A DNA stretch of 64,000 bases, taken from an uncultured Acidobacteriota bacterium. GTDB taxonomy: Bacteria > Acidobacteriota > UBA6911. The notes beneath the pieces are model-generated. The model was not told where the DNA came from, searched no databases, and saw nothing but the letters and a program-made list of their open reading frames with translations. The translations under genes were made by a program, and so were the position numbers. Within the stretch, counting starts at the first letter, position 1. Each line of letters opens with the position of its first letter. The DNA lies in assembly GCA_963827655.1 (NCBI GenBank), contig CAWHCF010000031.1, positions 64,001-128,000 on the forward strand, in the 5' to 3' direction. Positions 54,298 through 64,000 of this stretch are shown here, piece by piece.

Positions 54298-55458
54298 CTA
54301 TTTCTTATCCAGCGTGACGTTGTACTTCCGGCAAATCTCCAGGACACGCTGCAGCGGCAGGGCCTCTACCGTATGGCCCTCATGCCCTGACGCCGTTTTT
54401 GCCATGAAGAGCGAATTATAGACTGCTTCCTGGGTTGCTTCCTTGACCGCCTGAAAAAGGGGAGAGATGGCGTCATTATGCAAACTGGGAGAAGTGACTA
54501 TCGGCGGCTCGGGGGTCGCGGGAACGCGGGTTCCTGAGGCGGTCGAGAATGCAATGACGTAGTCGCCGCTGCTGTTGCCCAGCGAGGAGCCGGTTGCGCC
54601 CAAACCGAGCAGAGCCCGGGCGCCGAGCCGCTTCAGATTGCGGGCATCGAGCGGCGCGTCGGTGGCCACCACAATCATGCAGGAACCATCCGCCGAGTAG
54701 TTCAGACTATCTTTCAAATAGAACTTTCCCAGCTCTCGTCCCACCGGCGCTCCGTTGATTTCCAGAATGCCTCCATAGTTGGTTTGGACTAAGACCCCGA
54801 CCGTGTACCCCGACAGTGCAGGTGGCAGTCGGCGGGAGGATGTCCCGATTCCTCCTTTGAAACCAAAGCAGACCGTGCCCGTCCCGGCTCCGACCGATCC
54901 TTCCGCCACCGCGCCCCCTTTGGCTCCCCGGATAGCCTCGAGGACATGGTCCCGAGTCACATGCCGGCCGCGAATGTCATTAAGGTAGCCATCGTTGGTC
55001 TCGCCAACTACGACGTTGACCGAGCGAACTTTTTCGTTTCCCGGTCGCGAGAGCATGTATTCGATGGCGCCGGCGATTCCCTCGGCTACGTTGAGGGTAT
55101 TGGTCAGGACTATCGGGGCTTCTATGTTTCCCAACTCGTCCACCTGGGTGCTCCCTGCCAGCTTGCCAAAGCCGTTTCCCACGAATATTCCCGCCGGAAC
55201 CTTCTCGCGAAAGAGGTTTCCCGAATGAGGAATGATGGCAGTCACGCCGGTCCTGACAGAATCTCCCTGGTTGAGCGTGGTGTGGCCCACGGTCACGCCC
55301 GCAACATCGGTGATTGCGTTCAGAGGGCCCGGGCGGAGCACGCCCGGGGCAATTCCAAGCTCGCGCGCCCGTTTTTGCGCTGCAAGCTCTGGTGCGAATG
55401 CCAGGAGCGTAAGAAGGATCATACCAAGACCGGAGTTTCTGGAAGCAAGTACCACCAT
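54298..55458 (-). CDS. Exported DmpA-like (P1/S58) aminopeptidase
   Basis: Signal-like N-terminus, RARELG, NAITDVAGVTVGHTT, RTGVTAI, GSVGAGTG, KGGIGTSS, SSGDYVIAFST autocleavage region. TAATG overlap with the upstream gene. Confidence 0.88.
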   Translation of the reverse strand: MVVLASRNSGLGMILLTLLAFAPELAAQKRARELGIAPGVLRPGPLNAITDVAGVTVGHTTLNQGDSVRTGVTAIIPHSGNLFREKVPAGIFVGNGFGKLAGSTQVDELGNIEAPIVLTNTLNVAEGIAGAIEYMLSRPGNEKVRSVNVVVGETNDGYLNDIRGRHVTRDHVLEAIRGAKGGAVAEGSVGAGTGTVCFGFKGGIGTSSRRLPPALSGYTVGVLVQTNYGGILEINGAPVGRELGKFYLKDSLNYSADGSCMIVVATDAPLDARNLKRLGARALLGLGATGSSLGNSSGDYVIAFSTASGTRVPATPEPPIVTSPSLHNDAISPLFQAVKEATQEAVYNSLFMAKTASGHEGHTVEALPLQRVLEICRKYNVTLDKK

Positions 55459-56603
55459 TACAAAACACCTGGCGTCTTTCTCTCCTGGCGCCGGATTTTG
55501 TATTTGTGCGCACCGCGCGAGAATTTTAGCCCGGAGCCTGTGAGAATCACCACAACTTTGCGGCCATCCAGAGATTCTTCGGCCGCCAGATCTTCCAGCG
55601 CCGTCAATCCCAAAGCGGACGTGGGTTCGACATAGATCCCCGAATTCCAGAGAGAAATCATCGCGGGCACAATCCTTCCTTCCCGCGCGGCATAGACTCG
55701 TCCGCGACACTCTTTGAGAGCGCGCGCCATTTCTTCGATACGGGGAGGTTTAGCGGTTGCGACGCCTTCGGCGAGCGTTGGTCTCGCAGGGCGCGCCCTC
55801 TTGCCGGCGACATGTCGTTCGAGAGGGTTGCAGTTTCGGGACTGGGAAGCCGCCAACCGTGGAATCCTGTCAATCAGGCCCTGCTCGCGCAGCGCCAGAA
55901 ACCCCGCATGAACCCCCAGCAGCAGGGTGCCGCTTCCGGCCGGAACGATGACCCAATCGGGAGCTTTCCAGCCGAGCTGCTCGACGATTTCGAAGGCGCA
56001 GGTCTTGGTCCCGTGCAGAAAATAAGGATTCCATACATGGCTGGCGTAGCAGGTCCGGCGCGTTGCGGCCCAGGCGGCGGTAGTCACGTCGCCACGCGTA
56101 CCCCGGATTTTCACTACCCGGGCGCCAAAGCGAGAGATCGCGCGAATCTTTTCCGGTGAGGCGTGAGCCGGCACGTAGATGTCGGCGCGCACCCTTGCGC
56201 GGGCGGCATAGCAGGCGAGCGCCGCCCCGGCGTTTCCGGATGAATCCTCAACTACGGTTCTGATCCCGCGAGCGCCCAGGAAAGTCATCAGCACGGAAGC
56301 GCCCCGATCCTTGAAGGACGCGGTCGGCATGATGTAGTCGAGTTTTGCCAGAAAGGGGATCTTGGCGTGTAGAGTCGGGACGAGAGGAGTCATCCCTTCG
56401 CCGAGCGAAATCCGCTCGTGCCAGTTGAGAAAAGGCAGAGCTTCCCGATAGCGCCACTGGTCGGCGGGTCGCGTCGCTATGCGCCGAGGCTCAAGTCGAG
56501 CTGGTTCGAGTTCCATGTGGAAGGGGCCTCCGCATGGGCAGCGCCAGAGCGCAGGATCCTCGGGATAGGATTTCAGGCACGATCCGCAGGTCCAGAGATG
56601 CAT
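55458..56603 (-). CDS. Threonine-synthase-like PLP enzyme with N-terminal zinc ribbon
   Basis: CGSC...CPC, SLGEGMTPL, SFKDRGA (PLP Lys), EDSSGNAG, PAGSGT, VEPTSA, LTGSGLK. Confidence 0.85.
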   Translation of the reverse strand: MHLWTCGSCLKSYPEDPALWRCPCGGPFHMELEPARLEPRRIATRPADQWRYREALPFLNWHERISLGEGMTPLVPTLHAKIPFLAKLDYIMPTASFKDRGASVLMTFLGARGIRTVVEDSSGNAGAALACYAARARVRADIYVPAHASPEKIRAISRFGARVVKIRGTRGDVTTAAWAATRRTCYASHVWNPYFLHGTKTCAFEIVEQLGWKAPDWVIVPAGSGTLLLGVHAGFLALREQGLIDRIPRLAASQSRNCNPLERHVAGKRARPARPTLAEGVATAKPPRIEEMARALKECRGRVYAAREGRIVPAMISLWNSGIYVEPTSALGLTALEDLAAEESLDGRKVVVILTGSGLKFSRGAHKYKIRRQERKTPGVL

Positions 56604-56630
56604 GCTGAGTATTTTACACAGGCCATGTCT

Positions 56631-56785
56631 GATTGACGATTGACGATTGACGATTGACGAGGGATGCTTCAACCCTCTCCTGACGCCGTGACGTTCCCTC
56701 TCATCTTCGCTTTTTGGCGCAGGTTTGTCCGATCCGACTCCTCCTCTCGATCGGCACCCAATCGTCAATCGTCAATCGTCAATCG
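56631..56785. repeat. Inverted heptamer tandem repeat (GATTGAC)4 ... (CAATCGT)3-4
   Basis: Exact units at 56631-56658 and their complement at 56759-56785, around a ~100-nt spacer. An octamer-family hairpin follows immediately (56793-56847). Confidence 0.9.
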
Positions 56786-56855
56786 AGATGATCCGGCGTC
56801 TTCGCGCCGTCGTGGTCAAAAGGCCACTTAGACGCGAAGACGCCAGGAGTGTTGA

Positions 56856-59800
56856 CTACGGGAAGATGGGCGTCGTACCGTCGATCGACCTGAGGAATTC
56901 GATCAGATCTGCACGTTGCGCGGGACTCAATACAAAGTGGTGCCGCACGCCGCCGAATGAGTCTTGCGACCCGTCAAGCACCTCTTCGAGCGTCTGGGCG
57001 AGACCGCTGTAGAAATATGGGGCGGTCTCATGGGCGCTCAGGAGAGACGGGATGTTGAAGCCGTTGGCGCCCAGCGGGGCGATCGCCTGGGAAATGTCAG
57101 CCCCGCTGAACCGGATCTCGTTGGTTCGTCCGCCGCCTAGAGTAAAGGTGCCTACGTTGATGAGAACGTTGGGCCCCTGGGTGAGAGTCTGGCGCAACTC
57201 GGCGCCGATGACCCGCTCGTTTCCGAGCCCGAGGCCGATCTCCGGGGAGGGTGGCTCGGTATAGTCGACCGTCGATCGCGTCCACTTGGGACCGCCGTGG
57301 CAGGAGGCGCAGCTGAAGCCGGGAACAACCAGGCCAACCTGTCCAAAAAGGGTCCGTCCATTCACGGCCGACGCGTTGCTGGCGGAAACCGGCGCGCGGG
57401 CCGAGCGCACTTTTTGCGCGATCCAAGCCGCGATCGCGTCCTGTCGCGCGTCGCGCCCCGTGCTCTGCACCGGCAGGAAGTTCGTCACTCCAGGAGGAGT
57501 CGTAACCTGAAGCCCGCGGCGGGCGACCGAGAGGTTGCCGCGCGTTGCCCAGACGCCGCTGGGCGTACCCTTCGGGCCGGGCACAGGGCCGTTGGCCCCT
57601 GTGGTCAGCTCGAGAATCGTCGACTGATCGGCTCCGCCGCCGTCGACGCCGCCCATGACGTAGATCTGGTTCGAAGTGAGAGTGCTCCCGATTCCGAATC
57701 GGGCGCGGGCCGCCGGAAGAGCCGTATGGGGCGTGTTAACGAAGGTAACGGCCTGCGCCTGGTACTCTTCTACGTTGGTGAGCGTTGCCCCGGTAGCGTC
57801 CTGGCCGCCGATGACAAACACCCTCGACGATACCACTCTCAGGATTGCGGCGGCGCCATGGTTTCGGCGCAGGGTCAATTCCGGAAGCGCGAACGGCGTC
57901 CAGGTGCCCGGCGCCGACCGGGTCGGCTTGAAAGCGCTGGACCGGGTTGGGATTGGCCACCGAAGGGCTGCCTTCGGAACCGGTGTTGCCCGAAACCACA
58001 TGGATGAGCTGCCGAGGCTCCGCCGTATTGACTCCGCCGGCCACGGCAATTCCGTACTGAGCCACGGCAGTGGGCAGCGAGGCGACCGTCCGCCAGGTGC
58101 CGGTGTTCGGATTGTACTCCTCGACCGTGTTCACCGGCGCCGCGGAGCTGGATGTGCTGTCATACCCGCCGATGGCGTAGATCCGCGTACCGCCGGCGGT
58201 CTTCACCGCCGCCGCCCCGAGCGAGTGGCGCCGGGTGAAGCCGATCGAACTGCGCGGCACGAGCTCATTGGTGCGGGGATTGAATTCCAGAACTGCAAAC
58301 TCGTCCCCGACGACCGAACCCTGGCCCGGCCCGATCCGGCCGCCGATGATCAAGACCCGTGCGTCGTCGAGCGTCGCGACCGCGAAATCGCGGCGGGTCC
58401 TCAGGTTAGCGAAATCGAGCTGCGGCAGCTGGACGCCGCCGAAGAGATCGTTGGTAGTGCTGACTGCGCCGGTGAGCTGTTGGAATTGCTCGATGAGCGT
58501 CTGCTCAATCGGCGCCGCGTTGCTCGCGCCGCCGATCGCCAGGAACAGGCGGTCGTCATCGATCAGGCCCCGCCCCCCGAAGACGCCGCGGGTGTTCAGC
58601 TCGAAGTCCTGGTTCGAGTCGCGAACCGCGGTCCAGTTGAGAACGCGCTGATCGTGAAAGTTGGCCTTGTTGAACATTCCGTCGAGCGGAATCGTCTGGC
58701 GCGGTCCCGCGTCGAACATCCAGGTCACGTTGTCGGAACGTCCGTTCGGGTGACAGACGACGCACCCGCCCCATGATTCAGCCGACATCCGGCCCTGTGG
58801 TCCGCGCCCCGTGTGAAACAGCGCGGCGCCGAGTTGGACCGTGGCGTCGACCGGGATCTCCGACACGGCACGCGTCGCAACCACTGTGGGTGCGGTGGGA
58901 TTTGTGATGTCGATGGCCGAAACGGTCCGGCTGGTGAAGTTGTAGACGAAGGCCCTGCTGCCGCTGCCGTCGATCACAATGCCCTTGGGTGCCATCCCCA
59001 CGACCTCGCCCGGGTCCAGGTTCTCCTGCAGGTCGAGCCTCACAATTTGACCGGGTCCAGCCGCCAGGGGCGCGCCAATGGTCGGAATTCCATTGGGGTT
59101 GACGGTAAGGCGGACGACAACGTCCGAATTCTGGATGACCACCCAGGCATCCGATCCGTCCGGCCGCCATGCCATGGCGACTGGATTCGAGAAGAAAAGC
59201 CTCGGTTCCAGTGCGGTGTCGAGGTTGACGCCCCGGTTAAGGTTAAGCGGAGCCTGCCGGCGGACATCTGCGCCGGTCTGGGGGGCCGTGACCTCGAGTC
59301 GCGTCTCGGTGTCAAAGACCGAGACCAGCCCCTGGCTGTTGGAGTTGAACCGAAACGGTCCGTTCGGCGAAGCTCCCGTGCTCACGACGTATGCCCTTGC
59401 GAGCGTCGGGTGAATGGCGACGGCGGCCAGCTGATTGGGGAATGCGTCGGTCCGGCTCAGAAAGGTCTGGGGATTGAACGATTCCTCATTGGGGACCTGA
59501 TTGGGCCCGGGCGACAGGCGGCCGTTCGAATTGAAGCCCGTGTCGATCAAGGGCTGCAGGAGGATCGGGTTCGGCGCCAGAACACTATTGCTCGCCGCCG
59601 AGATTGCTACCACGCGACCCTCGCGCTGATCGTCCTGGCTTTCTTCAACTTCGGTCTTTCCGGCCCGCAGCCCGGCATAAAAGAGCGGGACAAAGATGGT
59701 CTCGTCGGAGTCTTCGTTGTCGCCATCGTTGGTAACTCCGATGGCTCGGGGAGCGGTTCCAAACGGGCTCAAATCCACTGTGGCGATAGTCGCGTCGTTG

Positions 59801-60393
59801 TTCGGGTTTATCACCATCAGATTATTGGATGACGAATTTGCCACGTAGAGCCGCGACCCATTGGGCGAAAAGGCAACCGCCGAGGGCTCGGCTCCCACGT
59901 TGAGCGTCCTGAGAACCTGCCTTGCCGGTAGATCGATGACCGAGAGGGTGCCGTCCTGCGAATTGGCCACGTACGCTACGGGTCTGCTGGGATGAATCGC
60001 GACGCTGACCGGGTCGTTTCCGACCGAGACTTCACCGATTCGATTCGGTCCGCCTGAAAGGAAGATCGTGACCGTGTTTACATCAGGGTTGACATTGACG
60101 AGGAAAACATCATCTCCGCTCAGAGCTATGGGGCTCGACTGAGAGGGCCTTGGAGGACCGGTGTAGAAGCCCTGAAAGTTGGGATGGAATGCGCCGCCAG
60201 TTATCCAGCTGGCAAAGATCAGAACCGGCGCCAGTAAGAGCACTCGGACCGACGCGCGGGCGCCTCGGAGCCCGCCAGCCAGGTTATTCCAGATTGATGT
60301 TGTGTTGGAAATCAAGCTGCTCAACCGCTGCGGCCCCTCGGGGGTGCCGCCCTCGACTATTGTCTTTCTTCGTAGAAAGTTTGAGAAGATCAT
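56856..60393 (-). CDS. Large exported YVTN beta-propeller + diheme cytochrome c (CcP/MauG-like) protein with inserted Kelch propeller, frameshift near 57908
   Basis: TM/signal segment, YVANS repeats, CVVCH, six GG/SG-type Kelch blades, CASCH, PSLL..TAPYFYSG..TLEEV, DLIEFLRSI. An extra G in GGG joins ORFs 57736..60393 and 56856..58049. Confidence 0.82.
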
Positions 60394-61123
60394 CAGTTTG
60401 CCTCTCGAACCAGACGACGCCTGGAGCAGGAACTGCTGAAGCCCGATCAGACCAAAAGGCCGTCTCTAGACTGAACGATGCATGGACGACAGCTGAGCCT
60501 CCGGCCAGACGATGCTGGTTCCGATTTTTTTGTTTTTCCCTTGGTTTTTGATGGGGGTGGTGTGTTGGTTTGTTTTTTTCCAGGTAGGCGCGGTGACCCT
60601 TCGGTCCCACCTTATTTCGGAAGCCGGCCGCCAGCGCGGCCAGGCCAGAATAGGAGACGTGCGTGAGTTGATTTTGATACCACCAGGGGATTTCGGCAAT
60701 CGAAGACACAAACGTCCGGCGGCAACGGCTGGTTTCGACTGGTCGGAGACGTTGGGCACCGTAAGGTGGCCGCCGCTCAGCCTCTTCAATGGTTTGGCGG
60801 CGGACAGATTCAGCCCAAGCGTCATGGTTTGCTCCAGTCAACCGTACATTTGCCGGATCAACGAGGAGGCTGCAACGATACCGCCCCGCGTCCGCTCTCG
60901 CCGTGTCGTTTGCTCACTCCTGGCTCGGCTGGCAAACGCCCAGCTTTCGAGGGAAACAGTACAGGACGCCGAATCAACAAGTCATAACGAAAAGGTGAGA
61001 TTTCGGTAAGAATTCGGTCAGATGCGGTGGTTGATGGTGCGGAGTAGAATCCCTGTCACAAGGACGCGAAGTCCTGACGCTGCCGTCGGGCGCTTTGTAT
61101 GATTGACAGTTTCGGCCCGGGGG

Positions 61124-61990
61124 CTATACCCAGGTGATCTTGAAACCTCCGATCCCTGTGGCCACGCGGATGGAAACGCGAAATTTGGCTTTGTCGTAAT
61201 TCTCGCTGTAGTAATGAGAATCCCGCTTGACGAAGCGTTCGAGGTGGAGCCCGCTCAGGAAGTGTTTCTCGGCGTCAACCTTGACACCCAGGTCGCGAGG
61301 CACGCGCAAGTTGACGCCCCCGACTCCGACCTGGATCTTGATCTGAGCGTCCTGCTTCCAATCACCGGTGAAATCGAGACTCGCCCCCCCTACGCCCCCC
61401 TCGAAATCCAGCTCGCGAAAATTGAGATTCCCTAGACCCACTGCATCTATGCTGCCAACTCCGTTCCGGATGCGAATGGTCTGACACTCGATCGGGTTTG
61501 GATCGTAAGAGGAGAGCTTCGATCCGCCTACCCCGGATTCCATCTCCAGGCGAGCCACTTTCAAACGTGAGAGAGACAGGCGGGCATCACCCACGCCGGT
61601 GTTCACACTCAGGTTCAACGGCAAGGCATCCGTGAAGCCAAGACGCATTCTGTTGGTTTTTCTTTCCGACCTGAGCCCGACTTTATTCGAGCTCTCCAGC
61701 TTGATGGACAGGCGTCCCTCATCCCCTGCTCCTTCAATCTCATATTCCACGGCTGGCTCGTAATGGGCCTTGTCGTATTCCAGATCCATCGAGTAAAGAG
61801 CGGGGGTTCTTTCACCCGACACTTCGAGCGATCCGATGCCGAAATGGATATTTGCATCCAACGATTTTTCTTTTCCCATCGGTTGGGTTTTGTTGAGGGA
61901 AACCATTTCGGCGGGTCCCCTCTCTTCGAAGTTGCAGGCCAGTGGAGAGAGGGCCATCAGGAGACCCGACGCCCAGAAGACCCTTTTCAT
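61124..61990 (-). CDS. Lipoprotein with toast-rack beta-repeat (LiaF/DUF2154-like) domain
   Basis: Lipobox-like PLAC and repeated GVG/GIG turns (NTGVGD, ESGVGG, RNGVGS, EGGVGG, QVGVGG, ATGIGG). Confidence 0.7.
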   Translation of the reverse strand: MKRVFWASGLLMALSPLACNFEERGPAEMVSLNKTQPMGKEKSLDANIHFGIGSLEVSGERTPALYSMDLEYDKAHYEPAVEYEIEGAGDEGRLSIKLESSNKVGLRSERKTNRMRLGFTDALPLNLSVNTGVGDARLSLSRLKVARLEMESGVGGSKLSSYDPNPIECQTIRIRNGVGSIDAVGLGNLNFRELDFEGGVGGASLDFTGDWKQDAQIKIQVGVGGVNLRVPRDLGVKVDAEKHFLSGLHLERFVKRDSHYYSENYDKAKFRVSIRVATGIGGFKITWV

Positions 61991-62059
61991 GAGATTGCTC
62001 CTTGCGTATCGTCGCAATTACTTTCAGTCACCAGGAAGGCGCAGGACGCTGGATGACCA

Positions 62060-63736
62060 TCAATTCGATGTCCTCCTGACATCACGGCGGCGGCGGTCTG
62101 AATCACGCCGGCGCTCGGATGATTCCGCACCCTGCACTCGCACCCGGATGTTGCTGTATTCGGTTTCCAGTTGGATTTTCGTCCCGCCGTCCTTCACTTT
62201 GCCTTTGAGCATTCCTATATCGCCGGCGCGCTCGGCCGGGGCCAGATCGGGAAAATCTGATTCTGCGCGCCCGTTTTTCGCAGCGGCTTCGATCTGAAAC
62301 GCCGCCTCGTCCGGGAGAAAGAGCTCGATGTCTCCGTTCTTATTCTTGACAATTATGTCTCCCTTTCCCAGGTCATGGGTCGACAGCGTGACGTCGGCAT
62401 ACTCGTTCGCGATCCTGCATCCGTTGCCAAAATCATTGACGATGACCTCCTTGAGGGTCGTTCCAACATCGAGCATGCCGCGCACGTTATTGGCCCGAAC
62501 CGAGCTGCCCTGACCCTGCACCTTGAAAGATCCGCCAATCTCGTCGGCTGTAATGCGGTCCGAGTTGGATGCGAGATCAACGTTCCCCTTCACGTTTTTC
62601 AGGGTGAGCGTGGAGTACCGGCTTTCCGCGAAGACGTGCGAGGCGACATCGGAGATCCGCACGCGCTGGTGGCTGGCCGTAACTTTCAGGGTGTCGGCCA
62701 GATCGTGAACGGTAATCTGGCTACCCCTCCCTTCCACTACGACCGGTTTTGAAATCTTTTCGAGGCTGATGCTACTCTCCGAGTTGGATACCGTGACCTT
62801 GCCGTCGACGTCGCGAACCTCCACCGGCGCGTATTCGTTGCGAACGTTGACGTCCCCTTTGACTGTCTCGATGTACACTCGCCCCCGAGCATCCACGGTC
62901 GCGTTTCCGGTGAGATTGACCAGACGCGATTCATCGTAGCGATTGGATATTACGAAATCGCCGGTGCAGTCCCTTACCTCCAGGGGTTTGTGACTGGTGT
63001 TGATGTCAAGCTTCCCGGCCAGATTCGAGACACGTACCTCGCCCAGCGAGTTCCTGATCTGCAAGTGTGCCTTCTTGGGAACGAACACTTCCATTTCGGT
63101 GTTGAAGCGATAAGCTCTGGATGCCAGGCTATCTCGGTTGGACTTGACCACAAAAGTTGCCGCCTCAGCTTTGCCCTCCGCTCCTCCCTCCAACTTGATT
63201 TCGTCGGCGATTTGTCTGGCCTGCGACTCATCGTCGTTGTATACGACCTTCTTGAGGCGAACGCGGATCTCCCTGTCACTTCCAGGAGTAACGGTTACCA
63301 GTCCATAGGAGTTCTCGATGCGAATCGGTACGGTAGCGTCGACTGGATAGGCCGCTTCCTGGCTGAAGCTGTGGGAAGTCCCCATCCAATCGCCCGGGCG
63401 GACCCTGCCGCCCCCGAAATCAATAGCAGGCCCTTCACGGAAGAGGGCGCGAATCGGCCCGCCGGAGAGCTTGGCAAAGAAGGCTCCCGCGATAAGAAGG
63501 AAGATCAATCCAAAAACCTCACCGGCGCGAAGCGCGACGCCCTCCTTCTGTCGGAAGTAATCGATGACCTTGCCGAGTCCGAGAAGAATGAGGAGAATCG
63601 GCCAGTACCGGCCTGCCATGGACCAGAAATCCGGCCCGATCCCAAAGTTGCGCAGCAGGAGAATCAGTCCCAGGCCAGTCCAGACCAAGCCCCCCATGAG
63701 GGATGGACGTCGTTTTCCCAATGGCATGTTTTTCAC
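62060..63736 (-). CDS. LiaI/LiaF-type TM domain fused to long DUF4097 beta-strand repeats
   Basis: GLVWTGLGLILLL...YWPILLILLG N-terminus, followed by many GxV/GxI beta repeats and IQLETEYSNIRV. Confidence 0.8.
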   Translation of the reverse strand: MKNMPLGKRRPSLMGGLVWTGLGLILLLRNFGIGPDFWSMAGRYWPILLILLGLGKVIDYFRQKEGVALRAGEVFGLIFLLIAGAFFAKLSGGPIRALFREGPAIDFGGGRVRPGDWMGTSHSFSQEAAYPVDATVPIRIENSYGLVTVTPGSDREIRVRLKKVVYNDDESQARQIADEIKLEGGAEGKAEAATFVVKSNRDSLASRAYRFNTEMEVFVPKKAHLQIRNSLGEVRVSNLAGKLDINTSHKPLEVRDCTGDFVISNRYDESRLVNLTGNATVDARGRVYIETVKGDVNVRNEYAPVEVRDVDGKVTVSNSESSISLEKISKPVVVEGRGSQITVHDLADTLKVTASHQRVRISDVASHVFAESRYSTLTLKNVKGNVDLASNSDRITADEIGGSFKVQGQGSSVRANNVRGMLDVGTTLKEVIVNDFGNGCRIANEYADVTLSTHDLGKGDIIVKNKNGDIELFLPDEAAFQIEAAAKNGRAESDFPDLAPAERAGDIGMLKGKVKDGGTKIQLETEYSNIRVRVQGAESSERRRDSDRRRRDVRRTSN

Positions 63737-63966
63737 TCCTTGCTCTCGGAAACCGGCACCGGTGGGACCTGCACAAGAGGCGGCTCCTGCCAGGTGAAAT
63801 AGCCGTACAGCTTATTGAGACCAATCAATATAAGAATGACAGGCCAGTACTTCGCCAGCAGGCTCCAGAATGAAAAGGGACGCCAGTTTTCCAACAGAAA
63901 GCCCATTCCAATCAAGATCAGAATCAAGCCAGCGGCCAAAGGGCCTTTTCGAGTTCTCAACGCCAT
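63733..63966 (-). CDS. Small LiaI-LiaF-like (DUF5668) membrane protein
   Basis: GLILILIGMGFLLEN...KYWPVILILIG. GTGA overlap with the downstream gene. Confidence 0.8.
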   Translation of the reverse strand: MALRTRKGPLAAGLILILIGMGFLLENWRPFSFWSLLAKYWPVILILIGLNKLYGYFTWQEPPLVQVPPVPVSESKE

Positions 63967-64000
63967 CGCAACTCACCCTCCCATCGTGTCTTCCGGGTTT

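Noticed and set aside
56856-60393. Functional hydrazine synthase or nitrite reductase
   Set aside because: The resemblance is only architectural. There is no alpha subunit or anammox/nir context, and the Kelch insert does not fit.
60820-60975. c-di-GMP-I riboswitch suggested by GCAAAC/GGCAAAC
   Set aside because: The required GNRA stem, GACGCAAAG segment and second hairpin are absent on both strands.
60284-61009. ORFs 60284..60841(-) and 60512..61009(+)
   Set aside because: Low-complexity products of the A/C-rich tract with no motifs, overlapping each other.

Overview
A GC-rich bacterial chromosomal segment, most likely Acidobacteriota. That assignment is inferred from gene families: ADOP-type permeases, an Oar-like TonB-dependent receptor, a CRTAC1/ASPIC-UnbV protein and a PVC-type heme protein. 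Layout: (1) 1-11.9 kb is housekeeping: tilS-ftsH-folP-cdaA-cdaR-glmM-rfaE2 on the minus strand, hemB-hemL, carD and tRNA-Leu(CAA). (2) About 11.9-18.5 kb is a decayed tRNA-anchored island. It contains an integrase tail reading into the tRNA, a second tRNA-3'-like att remnant, a broken IS6 element, several spliced gene fragments and a nested palindrome cluster. Only a CBS gene and an ECF sigma/membrane-protein pair look intact there. (3) 18.6-31.7 kb holds a TonB-dependent receptor, an SPFH-RHH-DUF3592-methyltransferase-GT-C run, a PVC-type CxxCH protein and an MFS transporter. (4) 31.9-38.3 kb is a complete Rrf2-sufBCDSUT operon with a visible promoter and operator. (5) 38.5-56.6 kb is mostly exported enzymes plus hutH. 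(6) 56.9-60.4 kb encodes a large YVTN-propeller/diheme cytochrome c protein with a six-blade Kelch propeller inserted between the two heme motifs. (7) The window ends in Lia-like envelope genes. Intergenic gaps carry at least three families of inverted short tandem repeats with 7-, 8- and 9-nt periods. About ten otherwise intact genes are split by single-base frameshifts, most simply explained as long-read indel errors. No CRISPR array or rRNA was seen. All calls come from reading sequence motifs; no database search was run.
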